A stretch of 64,000 bases of DNA from Pseudomonadota bacterium (GTDB lineage Bacteria; Chloroflexota; UBA5177): assembly GCA_021324655.1 (NCBI GenBank), contig JAJPIP010000062.1:38987-102986 (forward strand). Direction: 5' to 3'. Below, in pieces: positions 9,062 through 18,405 of the stretch (its first letter is position 1; every line of letters begins with the position of its first letter). A program made the translations under genes and the position numbers. The notes under the pieces were generated by a model. That model was not told the origin of the DNA. It worked only from the letters and a program-made list of their open reading frames with translations, and searched no databases.

Positions 9062-9862
9062 CTATTCCGCAATCACAAAGCGGAAGAGATTCTGAAAGCG
9101 GATTCTACCGTCCTCGGCGCGGAACTCCTGGAGGGCCTCAAGCATCGCCTGCCGTACGCGCTCTTCCCCACTGTGCTGGACGGCACGGGCGGTGCCGCCG
9201 CTGGACAGCGACGCCCGGACGGCAGTCTCGGCATCCGGATGCTCGACGACAATCGGTACCTCGCCGCGCGTCACCACCCGGAGTCCCGCCCCCTCAAGGG
9301 CCGCGTCCAGCAGGCCGGGAGCGGACAGGGCGAAAGGACCCGGCGCGTCCGGCGGTTGTGGAGGTGCCAGCGCGGTGACGGCCGCCATGACTCTGGGCTG
9401 CTGGCTCTCCTCACGGGGCGCCCAGACGGCGACACTCACCTTTCCACCCGTCCCCAGCACCCGGCGGGCCTCCTGGAGGGCCGTGACCGGATGGCCGGCG
9501 AACTGAAGGGAGTTGAAGTAGGTGACGGCGTCGAAGGAGCCGTCCGGCCAGGGAAGGTCTTCCATATCGCCGACACGGAAATCGCCATCTGGAACGCGCT
9601 GCCGGGCGACGTCGACCGAGCCGGGCGACGCATCCAGACCTGCGACCCGAGCGCCGCGGCGGGCAGCGAGCGAGGCAGCGCCGCCGGGGCCACAGCCCAC
9701 ATCCAGCAGACGCGTCCCGCTCCCAATGCCCAGCCTTTCGTGGACCGCCTCGTACAAGGGGTAGTTGTGCGGCTCGATGTACCGCGCCCAGTCCTGTGCC
9801 CCGCTACTCCAGAGTCCGCCGTGCGTCTGTCCGGTTGTCATGCCTCGCTCCGTCTCGCTCAT
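9062..9862 (-). CDS. class I SAM-dependent methyltransferase
   Basis: Motif I is LLDVGCGPGG and motif post-I is ARVAGLDAS. The track ORF ends at 9901; I preferred the internal ATG at 9862 because GAGGTG is upstream. Confidence 0.75.
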   Translation of the reverse strand: MSETERGMTTGQTHGGLWSSGAQDWARYIEPHNYPLYEAVHERLGIGSGTRLLDVGCGPGGAASLAARRGARVAGLDASPGSVDVARQRVPDGDFRVGDMEDLPWPDGSFDAVTYFNSLQFAGHPVTALQEARRVLGTGGKVSVAVWAPREESQQPRVMAAVTALAPPQPPDAPGPFALSAPGLLDAALEGAGLRVVTRGEVPIVVEHPDAETAVRASLSSGGTARAVQHSGEERVRQAMLEALQEFRAEDGRIRFQNLFRFVIAE

Positions 9863-10338
9863 GGAGCTTGCACCTCTGAGGCCCTCTTGAGAGCGGCCCA
9901 CACCGGCTCATAGTCGTAGGTATTGAGTTCGTAGCGGTTGCCGTACGGGTCCGTGAAGTAGAACGCCCAGGCCAGCTTGTGGTCTGAGATCTGGTCCGCC
10001 GTCACACGCTCGCCAAAACGATTGCGGAGTCCAAGGTCATCCAGCTGGTCTCGGAAACGCAGGAAGCTCTCGGCATTCACCGTGAAGCAGGTCTGCGCCT
10101 GACCGATCGGCGGGTGATCGCGAAGGGGCTCGCCCTCGAACAAGGACACCTTCACCGTCCCGGAGGGGCTGGCGAGAAAGAGTGGTCCGTTGGGGAGATT
10201 GACCGCCCACTCCCACGCGGGTCCACGCATGATTTCGAGCCCCAGAACTCGCCGGTACCACGTCGCTGCGTCGTAGCGGTCGGGGACGAAGACCTCGATG
10301 TGGTCGATCCGCTCCACGGTAACGCTGGCTGCTGTCAT
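9859..10338 (-). CDS. VOC-family protein (glyoxalase/bleomycin-resistance/dioxygenase fold)
   Basis: HIEVFV...YRRVLGL is the N-terminal VOC motif. The gene overlaps the downstream methyltransferase by 4 nt, suggesting an operon. Confidence 0.7.
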   Translation of the reverse strand: MTAASVTVERIDHIEVFVPDRYDAATWYRRVLGLEIMRGPAWEWAVNLPNGPLFLASPSGTVKVSLFEGEPLRDHPPIGQAQTCFTVNAESFLRFRDQLDDLGLRNRFGERVTADQISDHKLAWAFYFTDPYGNRYELNTYDYEPVWAALKRASEVQAP

Positions 10339-10982
10339 GAGTCGCTCCTTTCGTGACTCCAGGCGACGCGCAGGGCGTCGAGAACGTCGGGAATGAGGTC
10401 GGCGAAGCGGTCCGGATCGTCGAGCATGCGTTCCTTGCCCAGCGTTTCCGCCACGATGCCCCGGCCCGTGACCAGCAGCACGTTCATGGCACGCCGCGGC
10501 GGAATGCCGGATGTGATGATCCCAGCCTGTACGAGATCGCCAATCGCACGGGTCCCCATCTCACCGATCTCCCTGGCGGCAGCCAGACTTTCTGGTGAAG
10601 GGGAGAAGCCCGGCACCGCCGCCCCGGTTAGCAGGTCATAGAGGGGAGCGTGCCGCTGCGCGAAGTCCAGGCGCGACCGCAGCCAGGTATCGACCCGCTC
10701 CCAGGTGGGCGCAGTGCCTTCCCACACCTGCCGGTCGTTCTCGGCAAGCAGCCGCGCTGCCTGCCGGAAGAGGGCATCGTAGAGCGCTGCTTTACTGGGA
10801 AAGTACTTGTAGAGGGATTGGACCCGCAGGCTCACTCGACGTGCCACCTCATGCAGGCTCAGTCCCGCCACGCCCTGTTCCCGCATGATCTCAATCGAGA
10901 CCTCCCGGATCGCGTCAAGCATCGCCTCGCGGTTCTGGCGCCGGCGTTCAGGGGGAGTGAGCATACGAACGGGTTGTGCCAT
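10335..10982 (-). CDS. TetR/AcrR-family transcriptional regulator
   Basis: The N-terminal HTH is REVSIEIMREQGVAGLSLHEVARRVSLRVQSLYKYFPSKAALYDALF. The gene overlaps the VOC gene by 4 nt. Confidence 0.85.
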   Translation of the reverse strand: MAQPVRMLTPPERRRQNREAMLDAIREVSIEIMREQGVAGLSLHEVARRVSLRVQSLYKYFPSKAALYDALFRQAARLLAENDRQVWEGTAPTWERVDTWLRSRLDFAQRHAPLYDLLTGAAVPGFSPSPESLAAAREIGEMGTRAIGDLVQAGIITSGIPPRRAMNVLLVTGRGIVAETLGKERMLDDPDRFADLIPDVLDALRVAWSHERSDS

Positions 10983-11252
10983 CGTCCCTCCTTGCTAGCT
11001 CCCGCTATTCCTTCTAGATGATAACGTCAGCTTAAGGGAATAATGTCCACCTGTCAAGCGGTGGAGGGGAACCTGGTTGATCGACGTTCCCTGTGACCAG
11101 TTCACCAGACCCCCGGTACTGCGGGAAAACCTTCCACGCGGCTGATAAGAGCATCGGTGCGGGACTGGACGGACGAGGAGTTGACGGTCCACCCTCCGAC
11201 TGATATGCTGCAATCATCAACGAGAGTTATATCTATTAACCCGAGTAATTGA

Positions 11253-11963
11253 ATGGTACGGACCGAGGAAGACGTGACGAAGGACGCGATCAAGAACCGG
11301 CGCATCCTCTCGCCGGCGGAGCGCCGTCAGCGCAACCGGCAGGAGATGATTGACGCGATCCTGGCGACCGCGCGCGACCTGATGCGCGACAACGGTGTGG
11401 CCGCGCTGTCGCTGAGCGAGATTGCGCGCCGGCTCCAGGTCACCACCGCTGCTCTCTACCGGTACTTCCCCAGCAAAGTGGCGCTGTATGACGCGCTGTT
11501 TCGGGCGGCGATGCAGGTCTTCTGGTCGTACATCACGCCGGTATGGGAGGACTACCCACCCGGTTGGCCGCAGGTCGAGGCCTGGATCGAGGCCCGGATG
11601 CGCTTCGCTCAGGAGCAGCCCGAACTCTTCAGCCTGCTGTTCGAGCGTCCGGTTCCCGGTTTCGAGCCGTCGCCTCGGAGCATGGAGGAGAGCGTGGGCC
11701 GGCTGGCTCAGGCACAGCAGGTTTTCGCCCGGCTGGTGGAGGAGGGAGTCATCGAGCCCCCGGTGCCGCCGGACCGCGCCTTCGACCTGTTTATTGCCAT
11801 GACGCACGGGCTGAGCGCCCAGCACATCGCCAATGAGCCGCAGTTACCGATCGGCGAGGGGCGGTACGGCAGCCTGGCGCCCGATACGGCCGCGCTGTTT
11901 CGTGCCGCCTGGACACCGAAAGGACGGGGGGACGCGGGCGCGCCCCGAGGAGGTGAGGCATGA
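11253..11963 (+). CDS. TetR/AcrR-family transcriptional regulator (paralog of 10335..10982, divergently transcribed)
   Basis: The HTH ARDLMRDNGVAALSLSEIARRLQVTTAALYRYFPSKVALYDALF is near-identical in pattern to that of the divergent neighbour. Confidence 0.85.
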   Translation: MVRTEEDVTKDAIKNRRILSPAERRQRNRQEMIDAILATARDLMRDNGVAALSLSEIARRLQVTTAALYRYFPSKVALYDALFRAAMQVFWSYITPVWEDYPPGWPQVEAWIEARMRFAQEQPELFSLLFERPVPGFEPSPRSMEESVGRLAQAQQVFARLVEEGVIEPPVPPDRAFDLFIAMTHGLSAQHIANEPQLPIGEGRYGSLAPDTAALFRAAWTPKGRGDAGAPRGGEA

Positions 11964-12002
11964 AGTAAATCGCCCTCCCCACCGCATGTTCTGCCGCGAC
12001 TG

Positions 12003-12464
12003 GTGTTGATGAAAGGACGAGACGTGTCACTCGACGAGAACAAAGCGATCGCCCGCCGTCACTTTGAAGAGCTATGGGGCAAGGGCAACCTCTCGGTCGC
12101 CGACGAGATCTACGATCCGTCGTGTGTGGGCCACTGCGCCAACTTCCCTGATCAGACCGGGTACCCGGAGAGCGAAAAGCAATTGGTGATGCGTGACCGG
12201 GCTCCCGCGCCGGATCAGATCATCACCGTTGAGGATCAGATCGCCGAAGGAGACAAAGTGCTGACGCGCTGGCTCTGTCGCGGCACGCACACGGATTCCG
12301 TTCCGGGCATTCCCGCCACAGGAAATCTCATTACCCTCCACGGGATGCACCTCCATCGCATCCGGAACGGCAAGATCGTGGAGGTCTGGGCGATCGATGA
12401 TCTGTTTGGTCTCATGCAGTCCCTTGGCGTGGTTCCGGCCGAATCCGGAAGTGCCACCGCGTAG
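12003..12464 (+). CDS. SnoaL-like (NTF2-fold) ester cyclase / polyketide cyclase-like protein
   Basis: The sequence KAIARRHFEELWGKGNLSVADEIYDPSCVGH...GKIVEVWAIDDLFGLMQSLG is typical of SnoaL-like proteins. It starts 40 nt downstream of the TetR gene. Alternative GTG starts at 12009 and 12021 are possible. Confidence 0.7.
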   Translation: MLMKGRDVSLDENKAIARRHFEELWGKGNLSVADEIYDPSCVGHCANFPDQTGYPESEKQLVMRDRAPAPDQIITVEDQIAEGDKVLTRWLCRGTHTDSVPGIPATGNLITLHGMHLHRIRNGKIVEVWAIDDLFGLMQSLGVVPAESGSATA

Positions 12465-12518
12465 GGGCGAGCCGCCACGGCCCCTCGGTCATCTTTCCCA
12501 CATCGCGATGCGAAAGGA

Positions 12519-12809
12519 ATGGCAATGGTCACTCTGCACATCGAACATCCCACGCACGACTTCGACACCTGGAAACGCGCCTTTGACAGTGATCCCGCCG
12601 GCCGGCAGCGGTCAGGCGTGCGGCACTACTGGGTCTCACGCGCCGTCGACGACCCGAACTACGTGATGATCGATCTCACATTCGACACGCGGGACCAGGC
12701 GGAGGGGCTCCTCCGCACCATGGAGGGCATCTGGGGACGTCCCGATCACGGCCTGACGCGCCATCAGCAGGCGCGCATCGTCGAGGTGGTCGAGCGCGTG
12801 GAGCTGTGA
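12519..12809 (+). CDS. small conserved hypothetical protein (96 aa)
   Basis: A good RBS (GAAAGGAATGGCA) precedes the ATG. GC3 bias supports coding. No family was recognised. Confidence 0.5.
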   Translation: MAMVTLHIEHPTHDFDTWKRAFDSDPAGRQRSGVRHYWVSRAVDDPNYVMIDLTFDTRDQAEGLLRTMEGIWGRPDHGLTRHQQARIVEVVERVEL

Positions 12810-12863
12810 TCGTCCGGGCGGGAAAAGGGGCCGTTGGGCGACGCCGGGAACGGCACCAGCGTG

Positions 12864-13385
12864 TCACGGACCGAGGCCGGCTCCTTCGTTCTGTCCCCGC
12901 GGCCGCTCTTGCAACGGCGGCCCGACCACGTGCGCGTCCCACCTCTCGTTGACCTCACGCCAGCGGACTGCGTCGTCCATGGGGGAGGCGAGATCCTTCG
13001 ATGCATCGAAAAAACCCTCGAACCCGCCAGGCAGGACCATGATGAGCAGGCGTCCCGGTGCGTCGGCGGCGTTGCGGAAGGCGTGGACGGTGCCGGGCGG
13101 AATGACCACGGTGCTCCCGGCGGGGGCGAGGTGCACCTCCTCGCCCAGCACAAACTCGTAGGTCCCCTCCAGGACGTAGAACAGTTCCGTGTAGCGCTCG
13201 TGGTAGTGGCGGGCGGGGCCGGTCGCGCGCGGCTCATGCCGGCTTTCGTACAGCGTGATCGCCCCTCCCGTCTGGTGTCCTTCCGCCTTCATCGTCAACC
13301 GCCCACCCGCGCTGGGCACGGCAATGACTCTCCCCTCTCCGTGTGCCAGAACGTACGCACGATGTTCATTGTCCACCGTTGCCAC
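12864..13385 (-). CDS. cupin domain protein
   Basis: The track ORF is 12864..13481. I chose the GTG at 13385 because AAAGGAG sits 7 nt upstream. The cupin motifs are ARHYHERYTELFYVLEG...GTVHAF. Confidence 0.65.
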   Translation of the reverse strand: MATVDNEHRAYVLAHGEGRVIAVPSAGGRLTMKAEGHQTGGAITLYESRHEPRATGPARHYHERYTELFYVLEGTYEFVLGEEVHLAPAGSTVVIPPGTVHAFRNAADAPGRLLIMVLPGGFEGFFDASKDLASPMDDAVRWREVNERWDAHVVGPPLQERPRGQNEGAGLGP

Positions 13386-13573
13386 GCTGTTGACTCCTTT
13401 CGGCGTCTCTCGTCTGTCCCGTCGGATCCATACCGCCCGCTCCCACTCTACACGGGCCATCGTCCCTAGCGCCCTGCGCAAACGTAGCCGTACCGCCGCT
13501 CGTCACCCCTCAAATATCGGACCCGTCGACGCGACGGCATGATTCCTTCAAGGGACAGTAGCGGGGAGCGGGC

Positions 13574-13921
13574 TTACCGGGTGCGGTGAGCTTCCGCCGC
13601 ATACGTCGCTTTAAAGGTGCGGTACGCTGTCATGAGCTGGCGGCGGTGGTGCCGGGCCTCTTTCCAGAGGCGCTCCCCGTGCGGCAATGGCGCGTAGTAC
13701 AGCGCATCGGCGGCGACCAGCCGGTTCCACAGATCCTCCTCACGGTGCTGCAGATGGGAGGGCCAGCTCGCGCGGATGGCGGCCGGGACGCGGGAGGCCG
13801 TAATCCGGAACACGTGATCGGTGCCGTAGCGCGGATGAATGAGCCCCACGACCTCACACTCGCGGTTCCGGCGGCGGCGCATTCGCACCCCACTAAAGGG
13901 CGTCGCGCTGTCGGCGGTCAT
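13574..13921 (-). CDS. hypothetical protein
   Basis: I placed the start at the internal ATG at 13921 because GGGGGGAGGAATC precedes it. The antisense + ORF over this stretch is low-complexity junk. Confidence 0.45.
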   Translation of the reverse strand: MTADSATPFSGVRMRRRRNRECEVVGLIHPRYGTDHVFRITASRVPAAIRASWPSHLQHREEDLWNRLVAADALYYAPLPHGERLWKEARHHRRQLMTAYRTFKATYAAEAHRTR

Positions 13922-14015
13922 GATTCCTCCCCCCGCGCCGGTCGCCCGCCGAACGACGCGCACCTCACCTCGCGCGCCACATCTCGCGGCCGGCGCCATC
14001 TCCACAGGAGCATGC

Positions 14016-14132
14016 CTACCCCTCGGTCAAGGCCAGCAGAACCCCAAAGACAAGCAGAGCCGTCGCGAAGACGATCAGGATGAGCGCGACGAGAAACTCG
14101 CGCTCCAGCTTGTCAAACCACCGGTCGATCAC
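14016..14132 (-). CDS. small hydrophobic membrane peptide (38 aa), not in the ORF track
   Basis: A GTG start with GGGGGAAGG 5 nt upstream encodes VIDRWFDKLEREFLVALILIVFATALLVFGVLLALTEG, which contains a single transmembrane helix. Confidence 0.3.
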   Translation of the reverse strand: MIDRWFDKLEREFLVALILIVFATALLVFGVLLALTEG

Positions 14133-14385
14133 TGTGACCTTCCCCCAGGTGCACTGTGGCACACAGGCCGACCCGCCTGTCTACAGGACTTTTGGGCTGT
14201 TCGCGGCTCGCGCCGGCACCATACCTGTCCCATCGCCATCGGGACCCGGCACGCCCAGGCGCTTATGACGCGGTCGATCAGCCCTGGGGAATCGGGCAAG
14301 CCCATGGGAAGGATCCCTCGGTTCGATCCTGGTACCATGGCGGGCTTTCTTCATGCGATGTCTCGCACGAGACGGGAGGAGTTGG

Positions 14386-15207
14386 ATGACACGACAGGAC
14401 GACAGTATCGATCTCGCCGACATCACCGAGGAATCCCGTGCCATCTGGAACGCCAACGCCGCGCACTGGGATGACTATATGGGGCCGGAAGGCAACGACT
14501 TCCATCGCCTCCTGGTGGCGCCTGCGGCGGAGCGCCTGCTCGCACTTTCGCCGGGGGAGACGGTGCTGGAGATCGCGTGTGGCGCGGGTCTCTTCGCCCG
14601 CCGCATGGCCGAGCTGGATGCCTTTGTGGTGGCGACCGACTTCAGCGCGGTGTTCCTGGAGCGCGCTCGCCTCCGATGCCGCGAGTTCGCCGACCGGATC
14701 GAGTTCCGTCTGCTCGATGCGACCGACGTCGAGGCGCTCCGCGCGCTGGGCCGGCATCGCTTCGATGCAGTGGTCACCAACATGGCCCTCATGGACATTG
14801 CTGATCTCCAGCCGATGGCATCGGCCCTCCCGTCCCTTCTCCGGGAAGGTGGCCGGTTTGTCTTCACGACCTGCCATCCGTGCTTCAACCACGCCGGCAA
14901 GACGATGCTCGTCGAGGAGGCGGACACGGGGGACGGCCCAACCGTCACCTCGTCGGTGCGGATCAGCCGCTACCTCAGCCTGTCCATGGACCGCGGCACC
15001 GGCATCCCCGGCCAGCAGGCGGCTCAGTACTATTTCGATCGGCCACTGCACCGGCTCCTGGCCCCGTTTCTCGACGCCGGTCTGGCGCTCAACGGCCTGG
15101 AGGAGCCCGCCTTCGACGTATCGGTGCCCAGCCGCCTGCAGACGCGCTGGGGCGGAAGCTTCCACGAGATCCCGCCCGTCCTCGCCGCCCGGATGTGTCT
15201 CTGCTAG
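14386..15207 (+). CDS. class I SAM-dependent methyltransferase
   Basis: The track ORF is 14353..15207. The ATG at 14386 has GGGAGGAG 6 nt upstream. Motif I is VLEIACGAGLFARRMAE. Confidence 0.75.
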   Translation: MTRQDDSIDLADITEESRAIWNANAAHWDDYMGPEGNDFHRLLVAPAAERLLALSPGETVLEIACGAGLFARRMAELDAFVVATDFSAVFLERARLRCREFADRIEFRLLDATDVEALRALGRHRFDAVVTNMALMDIADLQPMASALPSLLREGGRFVFTTCHPCFNHAGKTMLVEEADTGDGPTVTSSVRISRYLSLSMDRGTGIPGQQAAQYYFDRPLHRLLAPFLDAGLALNGLEEPAFDVSVPSRLQTRWGGSFHEIPPVLAARMCLC

Positions 15208-15270
15208 CGCTCTCCTTCTGAGACGAGAGCAGTCAGGCACGTTCGCCACGGACGCCCCCGGCGTGCCGCG

Positions 15271-15299
15271 GTCGACGAGGGCAGGCAGCCCTCGTCGAC
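15271..15299. terminator. bidirectional hairpin between convergent genes
   Basis: GTCGACGAGGGC-aggca-GCCCTCGTCGAC forms a perfect 12-bp stem. There is no U-tract, which is common in high-GC genomes. Confidence 0.45.
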
Positions 15300-15332
15300 A
15301 CGAACCCGATGACGGAGGCGCCGGACAGCCCG

Positions 15333-16157
15333 TCAGGCCGTCACATCGCGGACCCGCACGGCGATCAGCATGGCGGCGATGAGGACGGCGCTATAGAGGG
15401 CGATGGCGATGAGTGAGTTCCCGACACTCGGCGTGCCGGGATCGACCCGCGCCAGGGTGGTGCCCGGAATGAGCTGCGGCCCCACTACCCGGGTGATCAC
15501 GTTTTCGGTGTAAACGAAGGGGAAGTGGAGGGCGATGGTGTTCCAGATGCCGCCGAGCGTGACAAAGATGCGGGTGAGCACGACTTCGGCCAGCGTCGAG
15601 CCGATCCCGAAGCCGATGCCGACGGCGGCCGACCGCGTGATGATGGCCACGGAGTAGGCAAGCAGCAGATAGAACGAGGAGACGATCCACGACGTCAGCG
15701 TGCCCTTGACGAAAGTCTCGACAAAGGTGCTGCCGAAGATCCCGGTGGTCCAGGCAGCGTTGCCCGACGCGAGCGAGACGGCAAGGGCAAGCACGGTGGC
15801 GATAGCCACGATGGCGACAACTCCAATCAACACGCCCAGGGCCAGCACGATAAGGGCGGCGATGACGTGGGTGATCCGCTCAGGGCGGCGCGTCAGGATG
15901 GCGCGGATCGTCCCCCAACCGTACTCATTCCCGGCCCAGCTTCCCCCCAGCACCGGCCAGAAGAACGGCGCGAAAAAGGCGGAGAAGGCGAGAGCCGCCA
16001 GCCATCCACGCGGCAGAAAAAGATTGGCGCGTCCCACGTTGCGGGTGGCGTAGCCCCAGAAAGCGAGAACGGTCAGGCCAAGCAAGAGGATGAGGATGGT
16101 GCGCGGCATCCATCGCCGCGAGAACTTGAGCCACTCGAAGGAGAGAGTATCGATCAT
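15333..16157 (-). CDS. ABC-2 family transporter permease
   Basis: The protein is polytopic (about 6 TM). It overlaps the upstream ATPase gene by 4 nt. Confidence 0.8.
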   Translation of the reverse strand: MIDTLSFEWLKFSRRWMPRTILILLLGLTVLAFWGYATRNVGRANLFLPRGWLAALAFSAFFAPFFWPVLGGSWAGNEYGWGTIRAILTRRPERITHVIAALIVLALGVLIGVVAIVAIATVLALAVSLASGNAAWTTGIFGSTFVETFVKGTLTSWIVSSFYLLLAYSVAIITRSAAVGIGFGIGSTLAEVVLTRIFVTLGGIWNTIALHFPFVYTENVITRVVGPQLIPGTTLARVDPGTPSVGNSLIAIALYSAVLIAAMLIAVRVRDVTA

Positions 16158-17131
16158 GCCGCGTCTCCCGTGACGTCGAGGAAGTACTGTTCGAGCGATT
16201 GCTCGCGGGGCTGCAGGCGGGAGAGATAGAGGCCGTGCTCGGCGAGCACACGGGTGATCTCGGCGGCGCGCGAGGCGGGGGCGCGGACGGCCAACCCGTT
16301 CTCTCCCTCCTCGACTCCCTCCACCCAGGGGAGGGTGCGAAGCAGGCGCAGCGCCTCGGCTGCCGGCTCGACCTGGAGCTCCAGCACCTCTCCCGCCAGC
16401 AGGTCGGCAACGCGCCCCTGCACCACGATGCGTCCCCGGCTCATGATGGCGATCCGATCACAGATCTGTTCGATCTCGTGGAGCACATGGCTGGAAATGA
16501 GGACGGTATGCCCATAGGTCTTGAGCCGGCGCACCAGATCGCGCATCTCGACGATGCCGGCGGGATCAAGCCCGTTCGCCGGCTCGTCGAGGATGAGCAG
16601 ATCGGGAGAGCCGAGCAGGGCAGCACCAACGGCCAGGCGCTGCTTCATGCCGAGGGAATAGGTGCTGAACCGGCGGCCGGCGGCCGCTGTGAGGTCCACG
16701 AGATCGAGGACGGGAGCGATACGCGCCTCATCCAGACCGGAGAGGCGGGCGAAAGCACGCAGGTTGTCGCGCCCCGACAGGTAGGGATAGAAGGTTGGGT
16801 TCTCGATGACGGATCCCGTGCGCCGCAGAATCTCCGGCAGCTGGGTGGTGATATCCATGCCCAGGACACGCGCCGATCCTCCCGTCGGCTTTACCAGCCC
16901 GAGGAGCATGCGCATCGTCGTCGTCTTGCCGGCGCCGTTCGGGCCGAGGAAGCCGAAGATCTCCCCCCGCTCGACGCGCAGATCCAGTCGGTTCACCGCC
17001 ACCAGCGATTCGTATCGCTTGGTCAACTCCACCGTCTCGATCGCAAACTCATTCGCCCGGTACCGCTCCTCATTGACCGGTTCAATCACGGCTTCCAGCC
17101 GCGCCGCCAGCACATCATGGTCGATCGCCAT
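16154..17131 (-). CDS. ABC transporter ATP-binding protein
   Basis: Walker A is GPNGAGKTT, the ABC signature is LSGGMKQRL-like (YSLGMKQRL), and Walker B is LLILDEP. Confidence 0.9.
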   Translation of the reverse strand: MAIDHDVLAARLEAVIEPVNEERYRANEFAIETVELTKRYESLVAVNRLDLRVERGEIFGFLGPNGAGKTTTMRMLLGLVKPTGGSARVLGMDITTQLPEILRRTGSVIENPTFYPYLSGRDNLRAFARLSGLDEARIAPVLDLVDLTAAAGRRFSTYSLGMKQRLAVGAALLGSPDLLILDEPANGLDPAGIVEMRDLVRRLKTYGHTVLISSHVLHEIEQICDRIAIMSRGRIVVQGRVADLLAGEVLELQVEPAAEALRLLRTLPWVEGVEEGENGLAVRAPASRAAEITRVLAEHGLYLSRLQPREQSLEQYFLDVTGDAA

Positions 17132-17219
17132 TGCCCCTCCTTACGTGGCGCTCATAGGCGCTTAACCTACAAGCACCGTCGGACGCGCCGAATGTGACAC
17201 CAGATGACGGCCGGCCGCC

Positions 17220-17822
17220 TCAGTGGCGGACGCGGTAGCGGATGTGGGTAGCCTCCGGCGTGTCGATCACCCGAACGACCTCCAGCTCGATGCGCGACGG
17301 CAGAGCTTCGAACAGCCGCCGGCCGGCGCCGAGCAGTACCGGGATCTGGTGGATCTGCAGCTCGTCCAGCACCCCCGCGGCGAGCGCGCTTTGTGCCGTG
17401 AAGGCGCCGTGCACCAGCACGTTCCGGTCCCCCGCCGCGGCCTTGGCCTGGACCATGGCGCTCTCGATACCGTCCATCACGTACGTCACCAACGGATAGT
17501 TGGCAACCGAGGGCCCCGGCGGGCGATGACTGGGCACGAAGATCGGGACACCGTGATGATCACCGCCCCAGTGGTCGACCTGCTCGACGGTCCGCCGCCC
17601 CGCGACGACCGCTCCCGTCGCATTGACCTCGTCCAGAAAGTGTTGATCGAACCCTGACTTCTCGTCGGACGTCAGGTCCGACGCGTTCGGTCCGCCGGCG
17701 CCGAATCCGTACCACTCATGCAGCCGCATGAAGCCGTCGCCACCCGGATTCTCCGGAGCATCGTTCGGCCCCGCGATGTATCCGTCGAGGGACATCGACA
17801 TGTAGAGCACTGATGCAGACAT
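17220..17822 (-). CDS. dihydrofolate-reductase-like (RibD C-terminal domain) family protein
   Basis: LYMSMSLDGYIAGPND ... VLVHGAFTAQSALAAGVLDELQIHQIPVLLGAGRRLF is the characteristic RibD_C/YwjB pattern. Confidence 0.75.
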   Translation of the reverse strand: MSASVLYMSMSLDGYIAGPNDAPENPGGDGFMRLHEWYGFGAGGPNASDLTSDEKSGFDQHFLDEVNATGAVVAGRRTVEQVDHWGGDHHGVPIFVPSHRPPGPSVANYPLVTYVMDGIESAMVQAKAAAGDRNVLVHGAFTAQSALAAGVLDELQIHQIPVLLGAGRRLFEALPSRIELEVVRVIDTPEATHIRYRVRH

Positions 17823-17865
17823 GTCGCCCCCTTATGGGCTCCAAGGGAACGCCGGGCATCCTGTC

Positions 17866-18318
17866 TCATCCGCTGCCGGCATCGATGTCCTCCCGGGACG
17901 TCTGGTCGGGGAGCAGCCCGAGTTGTCGCATGACACCCAGCATGTCCAGCACTCCCCACCGTTCGGCGATCTGTCCGTTCACCACACGAAAGACAGTCAT
18001 GCCGTCGAGGACAATACTCTTGCCTGTCGGCGGCACCCCCATGAAGGGTCCGTCCTGTGTCCCTTCGAATCCACGGAGGGTGACCACCCGGTCTCCCTCG
18101 CCGATAAGATCGGTATCGATGACATGGAGGTCGGGAAATGCAGCGTGCAGATGGCGAAAGGCCTGCCTGAAGCCGTCCCGATCGGGAGTTGCTCCGGGCA
18201 GGGGATTGTGATTGATGAAGCCGGGTGCAACGATCTCGTCGATCACATCCAGGTTGCCGGCGTTGACAACTTCGTCCATCAGGCGCCTGATAAGAGCCTT
18301 GTTCGTTGCAATGGACAT
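17866..18318 (-). CDS. SnoaL-like ester cyclase (paralog of 12003..12464)
   Basis: NKALIRRLMDEVVNAGNLDVIDEIVAPGFINHNP... shows the same SnoaL-like pattern as the paralog. Confidence 0.7.
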   Translation of the reverse strand: MSIATNKALIRRLMDEVVNAGNLDVIDEIVAPGFINHNPLPGATPDRDGFRQAFRHLHAAFPDLHVIDTDLIGEGDRVVTLRGFEGTQDGPFMGVPPTGKSIVLDGMTVFRVVNGQIAERWGVLDMLGVMRQLGLLPDQTSREDIDAGSG

Positions 18319-18405
18319 AAGGGGCTACCTCATTATCCCCCCTAACAGACTTGACACAGCCGGGGACCAGGGACACGCTGTTTCTACCACGTGATCGGCT
18401 GGTAG

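Noticed and set aside
8885-9913. 342-aa plus-strand ORF
   Set aside because: It is antisense to a class I methyltransferase with clear SAM motifs.
14290-14330. tRNA-like GGTTCGATCC (T-loop-like) motif followed by CCA
   Set aside because: I could not fold the flanking ~75 nt into a cloverleaf. The acceptor and T-stem pairings fail on both strands, so this is probably a chance motif inside the 5' region of the methyltransferase gene.
16199-17197. 332-aa plus-strand ORF
   Set aside because: It is antisense to the ABC ATPase gene, which has unmistakable Walker A/B and signature motifs.
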